The translations under genes and the position numbers were made by a program. A DNA stretch of 63,817 nucleotides, the filler included, from Octopus bimaculoides (lineage: Eukaryota), in NCBI RefSeq assembly GCF_001194135.2. It is 10 parts of 9 records of this genome, joined end to end, with 100 filler letters (N's around TTAATTAATTAA, not from the genome) between each part and the next. Parts side by side here need not be neighbours in the genome. Positions count along the whole stretch, not along the records: positions 51,552 to 53,442 come from NW_026348123.1; positions 53,543 to 58,992 come from NC_068986.1; positions 59,093 to 61,064 come from NW_026355931.1; positions 61,165 to 62,302 come from NW_026433501.1; positions 62,403 to 63,817 come from NW_026393809.1; 5 more parts are not named here. One strand, written 5' to 3'. Below the pieces are notes generated by a model. That model saw only the letters and a list, made by a program, of their open reading frames with translations. It made no database searches and was not told where the DNA came from. Positions 52,832 through 63,817 of this stretch are shown here, in pieces (within the stretch, counting starts at the first letter, position 1; every line of letters begins with the position of its first letter).

Positions 52832-52912
52832 TGAGGACGGCCGTGATGACGGTGATGAGGACGGCCGTGATGACGGTGATGAGGACGGCCGTGATGACGG
52901 TGATGATGACGG
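52832..52912. repeat. 24-bp tandem repeat GATGAGGACGGCCGTGATGACGGT x~3
   Basis: Direct reading. Confidence 0.9.
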
Positions 52913-53635
52913 CGATGACAATAACAAGCAAACAGCGGGGATACTATTTGCGGTGAATAAGAATAAAATGGAATGAAGGAGAAGTGTAAAAGAAGGAAAA
53001 AAAAAATATGGAAGAAACGTAATCTTTTGTTATTTCAGGTGTGAAATAGCGTTGTTTGTGTGTTCTCGAGAGATTTGGAGAGATATAGCGAGATGTGGTA
53101 GAAAGTAGAGAGGAGGAGAGAGAGAGTGAGAGAAAGAAATAGAGATTATGTGTGTGTTTGTGTGTGTGTGTGTGTTTGTACGTGTTGACTTATGAAGGGA
53201 TGTTGAAATGATCGTGGCTTTAAGGGTATTGCAAAACGAACGCTGCAATAAGTGTGTGAATCTGAGAGGGGAATATGTTGAATGAAATCATAATTAACTA
53301 ATCCGCTTGTGTTTTCTATTACCCAAAGCCAGGAACTTTTCAGCACCGCATAGTGTGTGTGTGTGTATGTGTGTGTATATAAATTTATATATTTATACTT
53401 CGTCGTTATATTTACTGCGGGTGTATATATATATATATATATNNNNNNNNNNNNNNNNNNNNNNNNNNNNNNNNNNNNNNNNNNNNTTAATTAATTAANN
53501 NNNNNNNNNNNNNNNNNNNNNNNNNNNNNNNNNNNNNNNNNNATACATATATACGTATATAGACATGTATATAATATGGATGTGTATATGTACGTATATA
53601 TTCATACAGATGCATAACTAACTTTTATCTGTCTG

Positions 53636-53692
<57 letters not shown>

Positions 53693-53797
53693 TTATCTAC
53701 CTGTCTGTCTACATACGTTTGCATATGTATGTTCGTGTGTGTGTTTGTATGTATCAGTTTACGCACGTGAAAAGATCCATATATACATATATATATG

Positions 53798-53831
<34 letters not shown>

Positions 53832-53840
53832 GTAATAATA

Positions 53841-53907
<67 letters not shown>

Positions 53908-54381
53908 TAATATCTTATGTAACGAGCAGATGGATTTCGTATTAATCTTTATTTTGTACAACGGTCCTTTCGACCCATCCTGCTAAAGTCCCTTATGGGT
54001 GGGACTCCTTTCAACATGTTGTGTTGCATCAATTTTGCAGTCTGGGTTTCATCATGTGCATCTATACGTAAACGCTTGTCTCGCTAAAGATTCTGAGTTT
54101 TAGTTGTCATGTTGTTACATTTCCGTCTGGTCAGCGAATAAAGCATCACTACAATTTTCAATTGCTGTTATCTTTTTTTCTATAAGAGTTGCTAACACTT
54201 GTAAATATAGATAAATAACTGTTGATAAAAAAAAAAAAAAATTATAAAATAAAAGAGTTCGTATTTGTTTTCGAAGATTCTTGATGGGAAATCGAATGCT
54301 GAAACAAATATTGTTATACCTGGCGCCGGTCATATTTTGTCAATTAAACGCACGTACTATATATTTGGTCTCCATTCCAGC

Positions 54382-54420
<39 letters not shown>

Positions 54421-54421
<1 letters not shown>

Positions 54422-54820
54422 CTTCGTAACACAGTGTAGGTAAAAATGCACCGGAGTCTTTAGTCAAAACAAGGACCTCAGATAATACTTAAGATGTGCG
54501 CTGTGCCCAATAAGGCTGCTTTTTGCAAGACATCAATCTTGCATGGGATTTTCAGTTGCCTTAAGAAGTCATGAAGTTACAATGGGATTGAGCCCAAAGC
54601 TCCGATCATCACTGGTATCACGTTTACATTACCCTCTCGCATTACATACAGTCTTGCCATTTCCACTTTCAATTCGGAGTACTTGGTGATTTTTTTCAAC
54701 CTCTTTACTCACAGCATTCATGTCATTTGGTATGGCTACATCAATGATCTGACAGTATTTGTCTCTCTTATTCCCGACGGTGTTCAATTACACGATCCGT
54801 TTGAAAATTATAGTCCCAGT
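54421..54820 (-). mobile_element. 5'-truncated R4/Dong-like element (RLE domain and 3' end) embedded in (TAA)n
   Basis: The minus strand reads WDYNFQTDRVIEHR, IIDVAIPND..KEVEK, TKYSELK, VIPVMIGALGSIP and VLQKAALLGTAHIL. (TTA)n lies on both sides (54384-54420 and 54821-54916). Confidence 0.88.
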
Positions 54821-54845
54821 ATTATTATTATTATTATTATTATTA

Positions 54846-54916
<71 letters not shown>

Positions 54917-54994
54917 TTAGTTTCTGTGTCAAAGGGTCTTCGTCACACATCACGTTCCGTCTTCAACAATTGTATACATACATGTATGCGTACA

Positions 54995-55026
<32 letters not shown>

Positions 55027-55059
55027 AGTATGTTTGTATGTTTGTATGTATGTATGTGT

Positions 55060-55310
55060 TGTGTTCTTGAGAAAAGCACTTTATTTTATATTGCTTCTGT
55101 TCACTCATCTGTAGAAATGAGTTGCGACATCAGTGGTGCCGAGCTCTCTCAGACTTTGCCTTTCCCTTGGATAACACCAGTGGCGTGGAGACGGGAGGCT
55201 GGTATGCATGGGCGACTGCTGGTCTTCTACAAACAAACCTTACCAGTCTTATGCCTCGGAAGGTAAATTTCTAGGTGCAATCCCATGGTCATTCATGACC
55301 GAAGGGTGAC
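55060..55310 (+). mobile_element. SINE body lacking head
   Basis: Core shared with 6415-6480; GC-rich, with no credible ORF. Confidence 0.55.
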
Positions 55311-55479
55311 TCAGATATATGCATGTATGTAAGTCCTGAGCATAACTTTCAACTGCATCTAGTTGCGTGGCCCTCACACGGGAGATGCATGGATTTGAAA
55401 AGTATGGAACCATCTTTTAGCTACTATTGTTGTCATGTTTACTCTGACCTTATGTAGTAGCATCTGTTAGGATCACAGC

Positions 55480-55786
55480 GTGTTGTTGTTGACACTCCGT
55501 CGCTTACGACGTCTAGGGTTCCAGTTGATCCGATCAACGGAACAGCCTGCTCGAGAAATTAACGTGCAAGTGGCTGAGCACTCCACAGACACGTGTACCC
55601 TTAACGTAATTCTCGGGGAGATTCAGCGTGACACAGTGTGACAAGGCTGACCCTTTGAATTACAGGCACAACAGAAACAGGAAGTAAGATTGAGAGAAAG
55701 TTGTGATGAAAGAGTACAGCAGGGTTCGCCACCATCTCCTGCCGGAGCCTCGTGGGACTTTAGGTGTTTTCGCTCAATAAACACTC
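55480..55786 (-). mobile_element. SINE-like interspersed repeat; head presumably in the adjacent gap
   Basis: GC-rich non-coding block ending in a (CAA)n-like tail on the minus strand. The family is recalled from octopus repeats and not verified here. Confidence 0.5.
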
Positions 55787-56324
55787 NNNNNNNNNNNNNN
55801 NNNNNNNNNNNNNNNNNNNNNNNNNNNNNNNNNNNNNNNNNNNNNNNNNNNNNNNNNNNNNNNNNNNNNNNNNNNNNNNNNNNNNNNNNNNNNNNNNNNN
55901 NNNNNNNNNNNNNNNNNNNNNNNNNNNNNNNNNNNNNNNNNNNNNNNNNNNNNNNNNNNNNNNNNNNNNNNNNNNNNNNNNNNNNNNNNNNNNNNNNNNN
56001 NNNNNNNNNNNNNNNNNNNNNNNNNNNNNNNNNNNNNNNNNNNNNNNNNNNNNNNNNNNNNNNNNNNNNNNNNNNNNNNNNNNNNNNNNNNNNNNNNNNN
56101 NNNNNNNNNNNNNNNNNNNNNNNNNNNNNNNNNNNNNNNNNNNNNNNNNNNNNNNNNNNNNNNNNNNNNNNNNNNNNNNNNNNNNNNNNNNNNNNNNNNN
56201 NNNNNNNNNNNNNNNNNNNNNNNNNNNNNNNNNNNNNNNNNNNNNNNNNNNNNNNNNNNNNNNNNNNNNNNNNNNNNNNNNNNNNNNNNNNNNNNNNNNN
56301 NNNNNNNNNNNNNNNNNNNNNNNA

Positions 56325-56665
56325 TTACTCTACCTCTGGTATTTGAGTACTCTTTTTTCCACCTTGTTGCACATTTCATGTGCTTACTCCGGTATATATT
56401 CTGATTATATGTCTGTGCACACGTTTGAATGTGGTGTGTGCCAGAGGGTTTGCAAATCCAATGGGGGTCTTAAAAGACATGTTAGGATCCACAATGAGCA
56501 GAACTTACTTGCAGGTATTGGTAGTGCAAATCAGAGGTGCAATCTGTGTGGGTGTTTTTTCAAAACACTGTCTGGTTTAAAAAGCCACATCAGACGCCAT
56601 GAAAGGGCTAAGGTGTAGGTGCAGGAGGTGGTCAAACTCTGTTTAAGGAGTAGACAACCACCACC
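56325..56665 (+). mobile_element. RTE-derived element 3' end encoding two C2H2 zinc fingers (ORF 56409-56618)
   Basis: CGVCQRVCKSNGGLKRHVRIH and CNLCGCFFKTLSGLKSHIRRH are both C-x2-C-x12-H-x3-H. There is no TGEKP linker; the GL.SH.R.H signature matches RTE ORF C-termini, and a short 3' UTR and simple-repeat tail follow. Confidence 0.7.
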
Positions 56666-56775
56666 ATATATATATATAAAGAATATCTACGTATACTTAT
56701 GTGTGTGTGTGTGTGTACTAGAAGAACAGTACTCTGTGTATTAAATAATGTGTCGATATTCAAACATACGCACAC

Positions 56776-56806
<31 letters not shown>

Positions 56807-56977
56807 ACCACACACACACACACATACAAACACACACATACAGACAAACACATGTACACATTCTCATGCCCACACTCATACACATACATATATTATGTTT
56901 AGATAAATAACTTCGCTGGATTGAGTTTGTTCGTGCCTCTGTGTGTGTTTGTGCTTGTTTGTGTGTGTGTGTGTGTG

Positions 56978-57011
<34 letters not shown>

Positions 57012-58541
57012 AGTACATTTTTAAGTGTGTTTATAAAGGAGAGTTAATGCTGAGTAGAGAAGAGATGAAGCAGCGGAAAAAGGTCGTGCGTTTTGGCGTT
57101 CATTGAACTGGGTGAGACATGAGAAAAGCAAAAGTGTGTGGACGGGGATCAGTGGCTATAGGGAGGGGGTGTGCCGGCTGGGAAGGGCAGATATAGAAGA
57201 GAAAAAGAGGAAAATTGGAGAGAGAGAGAGAGAGAGACGGAGGGAGGGGGAGTAACAAGATGTGGTGTGNNNNNNNNNNNNNNNNNNNNNNNNNNNNNNN
57301 NNNNNNNNNNNNNNNNNNNNNNNNNNNNNNNNNNNNNNNNNNNNNNNNNNNNNNNNNNNNNNNNNNNNNNNNNNNNNNNNNNNNNNNNNNNNNNNNNNNN
57401 NNNNNNNNNNNNNNNNNNNNNNNNNNNNNNNNNNNNNNNNNNNNNNNNNNNNNNNNNNNNNNNNNNNNNNNNNNNNNNNNNNNNNNNNNNNNNNNNNNNN
57501 NNNNNNNNNNNNNNNNNNNNNNNNNNNNNNNNNNNNNNNNNNNNNNNNNNNNNNNNNNNNNNNNNNNNNNNNNNNNNNNNNNNNNNNNNNNNNNNNNNNN
57601 NNNNNNNNNNNNNNNNNNNNNNNNNNNNNNNNNNNNNNNNNNNNNNNNNNNNNNNNNNNNNNNNNNNNNNNNNNNNNNNNNNNNNNNNNNNNNNNNNNNN
57701 NNNNNNNNNNNNNNNNNNNNNNNNNNNNNNNNNNNNNNNNNNNNNNNNNNNNNNNNNNNNNNNNNNNNNNNNNNNNNNNNNNNNNNNNNNNNNNNNNNNN
57801 NNNNNNNNNNNNNNNNNNNNNNNNNNNNNNNNNNNNNNNNNNNNNNNNNNNNNNNNNNNNNNNNNNNNNNNNNNNNNNNNNNNNNNNNNNNNNNNNNNNN
57901 NNNNNNNNNNNNNNNNNNNNNNNNNNNNNNNNNNNNNNNNNNNNNNNNNNNNNNNNNNGTGGTGCTAGTGCTGGTGGTGATTGCTTGTGTATATATAGGT
58001 CTAAGTGTGTGCATGCGTGTGTGTATGTGTGAGCGAGTATGTACGATTGCGTGATGGTGGTCATGGTGGTAGTGGTGGCAGTAGAGGAAGATAAGTGACC
58101 GGGGAGGGGGGTGATGGCTGAGTTAATAGCGCTATATTTACTTTATATGGTGGTGTTGGTGATTGTATGTACGTGAGAGCGTGTGTTTGCGTGTGTGTGT
58201 GTGCGTGAGTGCGTGTGTGAATGTAGATACATGATTGTATGTGGATTTTGATACGATTCTGTATGTGTGCGTGTAGGTGTGTGTGTATGTGTGTGTGTGT
58301 ATGTGTGTGTGTATGTGTGTGTGAGTATTTATCTATGACTGTATGTGTACATAGATGCGATTTTGTGTGTATGTGTGTGAGAGAGAGGAAGTGAGAGAGA
58401 GAGAGAGAGAGAAAGAGAGGGAAAGAGAGAGAGAGACACAGAGAGGAAGATAGAGAGAGAGAGAGACCGTGGTATATGTCCACCCGTGTAGGTTAGATTA
58501 TGCATGCGTGTGCATACCTGCCTCGACGCACGCGGACGCAA

Positions 58542-58582
<41 letters not shown>

Positions 58583-58589
58583 CGCGCGC

Positions 58590-58992
58590 AAGTATGATTC
58601 CGTTCGTGTACGTATGTATGTGTATGCGTGTCTGTGTATGTGTGTATGTGTGTATGCGTGTCTGTGTGTATGCGTATGATTCCGGACTTCTATGTGCATG
58701 TGTGTGTATGTGAATGAGTCCGTACGTGTGTGTACGTGTGTATATGTGCGCGTGTGTATGCATGTGTGTGTATGTGAGTGTGTGTATGCGTATAATTCTG
58801 GATGCATATATGTGTGTGTGTGTGAGTGTCTGTGCGTATGATTCTGTACGTGTGTGTGTGTGTGTGTGCGTATGAGTCCGTACGTGTGCGTGTGTGTGTG
58901 TGTGTGTCAGTGTCTGTGCGTATGATTCTGTACGTGTGTGTGTGTGTGTGCGTATGAGTCCGTACGTGTGCGTGTGTGTGTGTGTGTGTCAG
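58590..58992. repeat. Composite (GT)n minisatellite with GCGTATGA(T/G)TC(T/C)GTACGT units
   Basis: Direct reading; the last ~70 bp are exactly duplicated. Confidence 0.85.
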
Positions 58993-59149
58993 NNNNNNNN
59001 NNNNNNNNNNNNNNNNNNNNNNNNNNNNNNNNNNNNTTAATTAATTAANNNNNNNNNNNNNNNNNNNNNNNNNNNNNNNNNNNNNNNNNNNNCTGCAGCC
59101 TTCCCGAGGAGGTTCCTGAATAAACAAGGGCATTGGAAAAACAACAACG

Positions 59150-59520
59150 TATATACATTGCTCAATTACCCGATCAACGATGAGATGTTTGCAGTCCTAC
59201 ACGGTGTATAAAATCACGTGTAGCAAATTTTATATCGTAAATATCATCAGACAATTTCACGTAAGAGTTATTGCTTCAAAAAACACTGAAGACATCCAGG
59301 TTTCTAGTGAAGCTAGAAAACTAAACATTGGAGTGTTGAAAATATAAGATGCCATCTTAATTAACGAGATCAACCCACGTATTAGCAACAGACCCGAATC
59401 GCTCGCGACTGCTTATTTTCTATAACATCACTTCATACAAATACACTACACAATAGAGAAGTCAGATCGAAGCAAGGTTCCTCCGAAGATTTAACTCTTA
59501 AATACTGATATATAAGTTAA
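59150..59520 (+). mobile_element. Decayed Penelope-like GIY-YIG fragment
   Basis: VYKITCSKFYI..RQFHVRV...DAILINEINPRISNRPE parallels the 36659-36931 peptide. Confidence 0.7.
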
Positions 59521-59759
59521 AAGTACAAGTGATTGACACATGCTATTTTTAGAACTTGCATTGTCTTGTATTGTTTAAAAAAACAATGGGAACATTTTTA
59601 TATATCAGACAATGCTTCGTGGAATCAATATAAATTTTGAGGCTACTATATATCTAATAAGCTGACCTGCCAACTCTTGTTATTAGGGAATGAAGGTGAC
59701 AGCTGTAATATCACTCTAATAATACCACTCTACTAAAGACTGCTCGTCACAGACCATTT

Positions 59760-60350
59760 TACAGAATGTTGTTGGGACGTGAAGACAATTTAGAAGAATT
59801 AAGGTTTTGTGTTGAACTAATCAGCAACGCTACAGAAATTCATGAAATGCTCCAGATTACTGACAGATTATCTTGTATAACCTGAGCATTTGTTTTGGTT
59901 GGCACAAGACGCCAGGTAGAGCATCCATGGGGAAATACAAGGTGATCCTCTTTTCCTATATCAAGAGCAACATCTATATCCACTGGGTTCCTTCTGGCTA
60001 CCTGGTTTTGAAGGAGTTCAGGATTCAATTTCGCAGTAAAAGGCCACCGCACCAGAACCAGGACAGTAAATTAACCCACAATCCAGTCTGGTAACCAACT
60101 TACTTGACAGATGGGATGTCAAAACCGTACCTCACCCTTCCTACAGTTCAGACCTTCGTCGCTGTGACTTGTTTGTTCCTTAAGTTGAAGGAGAGGCTGT
60201 GGAAAGTGTCCTTCAAGTTTGTTTTGGAAGACCTTCATGGGGCCTCCACGAAACGCTGCAGTTAGTGCATTGAAATCAGATCTTCCTACTTTAAAGGAGA
60301 TTCGTTTTCTACTTCGAAATTAAATCTTTCTCTAATAATTCTGGCATACA
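59760..60350 (+). mobile_element. Decayed, internally deleted mariner
   Basis: FCVELISNATEIHEMLQ, HWVPSG and VTNLLDRWDVKTVPHPSYSSDL..CDL (PHPPYSPDL motif); TIR-like ending ATTCTGGCATACACCTTGTA. Confidence 0.8.
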
Positions 60351-60355
60351 CCTTG

Positions 60356-60391
<36 letters not shown>

Positions 60392-60589
60392 NNNNNNNNN
60401 NNNNNNNNNNNNNNNNNNNNNNNNNNCTACCTACCTACCTACCTATCTACCTACCTACCTACCTGCCAGTCTGTCTGTCCATCTTTATATCTATTGAAAA
60501 TATCTCAAAACTCTTGGAATGAATCTTGCGTATCTCTCCATTTATCTGTCCATCCACCCATCCAACTATCCATCCATCCATACCTCGAT

Positions 60590-60853
60590 CTCCAGCTCGG
60601 AACCTTGCGAACCACTTCCGTACAGTTCTTTCGGATANNNNNNNNNNNNNNNNNNNNNNNNNNNNNNNNNNNNNNNNNNNNNNNNNNNNNNNNNNNNNNN
60701 NNNNNNNNNNNNNNNNNNNNNNNNNNNNNNNNNNAGTGCCGAAAATGAACTTTCTTATCTTCCATTTTAAAGGGTTACAGAATTTACACAGGTTATTGGA
60801 ACATAAACCTTCTTCCATCAAAAAATAGCTTAAACTGTGCTCTAAATGGAGGT
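60590..60853 (-). mobile_element. Mariner 5' fragment spanning a gap
   Basis: MEDKKVHFRH before the gap and SERTVRKWFARFRAG after it. Confidence 0.8.
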
Positions 60854-61845
60854 NNNNNNNNNNNNNNNNNNNNNNNNNNNNNNNNNNNNNNNNNNNNNNN
60901 NNNNNNNNNNNNNNNNNNNNNNNNNNNNNNNNNNNNNNNNNNNNTCATATGTATACATATGCATACATACATAGATACGTACGTACATACGTACATACAT
61001 ACATACATAGATACATATATACATACATTCATATATACATACATACATATATATACATACATACNNNNNNNNNNNNNNNNNNNNNNNNNNNNNNNNNNNN
61101 NNNNNNNNTTAATTAATTAANNNNNNNNNNNNNNNNNNNNNNNNNNNNNNNNNNNNNNNNNNNNACTTGAGCATACACTGAGCGGTGTATAAATTTCTCT
61201 CGCATGTAAATATAGACACATACATATACGCACCCTAACATATATACAGACACGTATATGTATATAAGTATATATATATACATACATACGAATACACACG
61301 TTCGTACATACGTACACACATACTTTCATATATAATCTACTCGTTCCGTAAAAACATTTATATACTCACTAGGTATATATCCAGATGTATACACACTCAC
61401 ACATAAAGCTGGATTAAGATGGATTGGGCCCTGTATCTTATGTTAGAAATGTGCCCTTAAGCTTTAATCTTAATATTCCATCGAATTTTAAGTATTGCTA
61501 TGATAGCTTTTGCATATTCGACGGGTCAAATTGTTTTAGAACAACCAGTTTGGCGGTGCTGCAGACTTGCAAATTGGTAGCCGTTTTCTGATAGAATTTC
61601 ACGGAAACTGGAGTAACAATTATTGCTATGAATCCAAATGTGTATTTGAAGGACAAATAAATACAGAGCAAAATAGTAATCTGTGTATCGTACTTAATGT
61701 AAATATGTAAGAAGTCAAACTAACTACGCTATTCACCCGCAGAAAATATCTCTTGTGGACATACTGTGTTGAATAACACAAAGGTATATCAGTAGCAGAC
61801 ACTAAGCCACACCTCTATCTCTCTCTCTATGTCTCTCTCTCTATG

Positions 61846-61900
<55 letters not shown>

Positions 61901-62064
61901 ACACACACATGCACGCACACTCACATGCATGTATGTATATATACATACAGATATATATATGCATGTATGTATGAATGATGTATATATTTTTTTTCATACA
62001 GATGTATATATATTCACGCGCATCTAGGATGGTATAATTGCTGGTGCTGCTGATTGATGATGAA

Positions 62065-62118
<54 letters not shown>

Positions 62119-62562
62119 AATGATGATGGTGATAATGTAGAAGAAAAGGAAGTAGAGGAGATGTAGAGTGGGAAGATTATGATGTATTCCGAAATAATTT
62201 TAATTGTTACATTTTAAATTTGATTTTCATTTTCCTTTTTTCCGTTTCTTAGTTTTTAATCTGCAGCCACTAAGTTTTTGTTCGTTTTTTTTTCATCTTT
62301 TTNNNNNNNNNNNNNNNNNNNNNNNNNNNNNNNNNNNNNNNNNNNNTTAATTAATTAANNNNNNNNNNNNNNNNNNNNNNNNNNNNNNNNNNNNNNNNNN
62401 NNTTTTTGTGTTGTAATGACAAAAGGTATGACATGTACCACTTAAAACATGTCTTAATTCAGTGTGAGAGATAAATCTTGTATTTGATTCAGTCACTGCT
62501 TTGCAGGTTTGCTGGAACATTGCCTTGAAGGGGTTTGCTTGAACAAATCAACACCAGTACTT

Positions 62563-62723
62563 TTCATTATTTACATTATTTACATTTGGCGGATATTTGT
62601 CCTCATCTTGTTTGTTGTTAACACAACGTTTCGGCTTATATACCCTCCACCCTTCATCAGGTGTCTTGGGGAAATTTCGAACCAAGGTTCTCATTCCTAA
62701 GGTATTTTTCGATGTTATCATTA

Positions 62724-62768
<45 letters not shown>

Positions 62769-62838
62769 TACTGCATGGAATCGAACATGGAATCTTGGGG
62801 TTAGTAGCCTGCGCTACTAACCACTACGCCATATGCCC
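62563..62838 (-). mobile_element. Full-length tRNA-headed, hammerhead-bearing SINE (family H), left copy
   Basis: Minus strand: GGGCATA, A box TGGCGTAGTGG, B box GTTCGATTCC, (TAA)n, body, hammerhead at 62620-62665 (stem II with two mismatches), then a (TGTAAATAA)n tail. Confidence 0.9.
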
Positions 62839-62895
62839 GTGGGTGTAGTGGTTAAGATTCCGAGTTCGATTCCAGGCAGTGATCTGAATAATAAA

Positions 62896-62935
<40 letters not shown>

Positions 62936-63057
62936 TCGAAAAATACCTTAGGAATGAGAACCCAGGTTCGAAATTTCCTCAAGACACCTGATGAAGGCTG
63001 GAGAGTATATCAGCTGAAATGTTGTGTTAACAACAAACAAGATAAGGACAAATATCC
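62839..63057 (+). mobile_element. SINE family H, right copy (head-to-head with the left copy)
   Basis: A and B boxes with the anticodon arm deleted, (TAA)n, and a hammerhead at 62983-63028 with two C-to-T changes at CpG sites. Confidence 0.9.
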
Positions 63058-63104
63058 TTTTGTTTGTCCTTTGTTTTGTTTTTTTCATTTACTATTTACT
63101 GCAT

Positions 63105-63817
63105 GCTCACACGTGCAAGAGAGATGACTGCACTGGTATGGTCATGTGTTGCAAATGGATGAGGACAGCTGTGTAAAAAAGTGTCACATTCTAGCAGTAG
63201 TGGGAACCTGTGGAAGAGGCATACCCAGGAATACCTGGGATGAGGTGGTGAAGCACAACCTTCGAACATTGGGCTTCACTGAGGCAATGACAAGTGACTG
63301 AGACCTTTGGAGATATACTGTGCTTGAGAAGACCTGGCAATTTAATTGAGACCATAACCGTGGCCTATGCCAGTACAGCATAACCAGCCCATTTAAGAGT
63401 ACTCTTCAATCATTGGGCAATCATCTGTGCTTGTGAAGACCTGTTGAGGCAAGTGAGATTGTTGTCATGGCCGATGACAGTACAGCCTGATTGGCACCTG
63501 TGCCAGTGGCACGTTAAAAGCATCATTCGGGCATGATCATTGCCAGTGCTGCCTGACTAGCCCCTATGCTGGTGGCATGAAAAATGCACCATTCGAGCGT
63601 GGTCAATACCAGTGCTAGCTGGCTGGTCCTCATATTGGTGGCATGTAAAAAGCACCCACTACACTCTGGGAGTGGTTGGCGTTAGGAAGGGCATCCAGCT
63701 ATAGAAACTTTGCCAGATTGGATTGGAGCCTGGTACAGCCCTCTGGCTTGCCAACCCTCTGGCTTGCCAGCCCCCAGTCAAACCGTCCAACCCATGACAG
63801 CATGTAAAGCGGACGTT
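63105..63817 (+). mobile_element. RTE-clade LINE 3' end (ORF C-terminus plus 3' UTR), decayed
   Basis: LHWYGHVLQMDEDSCVKKC...GTCGRGIPRNTWDEVVKHNLRTLG..MTSD*DLWR matches the RTE RLRW.GHV.RM...GRP...W motif. Confidence 0.85.

Noticed and set aside
52832-52912. Acidic DEDGRDDG repeat protein or hammerhead core
   Set aside because: Short tandem repeat with no supporting ORF context, and it lacks the CUGAUGA/GAAA pairing.
56409-56618. Host C2H2 zinc-finger gene
   Set aside because: Only two fingers, no TGEKP linker, an RTE-like signature, and a simple-repeat tail directly after a short UTR.
62764-62880. tRNA genes (also at 35766, 36017, 47789)
   Set aside because: A and B boxes are present, but there is no 3' acceptor strand or full cloverleaf, and each continues into a repeat body; these are SINE heads.

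Overview
AT-rich, microsatellite-saturated animal genomic DNA from a gappy short-read assembly. The SINE families and composition look like Octopus, which is my inference and not a database result. Nine identical 100-bp spacers (N44-TTAATTAATTAA-N44) show the window is 10 separately assembled pieces joined by a scaffolder, so adjacency across them is unproven. The only host gene I can identify is the first coding exon of an MRCK/CDC42BP (DMPK-family) kinase on the minus strand (29780-29951). It sits in a CpG-rich island between two unrelated tandem arrays: a G-run/microsatellite array in intron 1 and a CRE-site-bearing array upstream. The rest is transposon debris: mariner, Penelope-like (GIY-YIG/RT), R4/Dong-like and RTE LINEs, several tRNA-derived SINE families, MITE-like elements and long palindromes. 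The most interesting observation is a tRNA-headed SINE whose 3' body is a Penelope-type minimal (dimer-dependent) hammerhead ribozyme. It occurs three times, once with an intact fold (26194-26239) and twice as a head-to-head pair (62563-63057). A low-confidence chain of minus-strand exons at 11-19.5 kb may be an unannotated gene. I found no rRNA, true tRNA genes or CRISPR.
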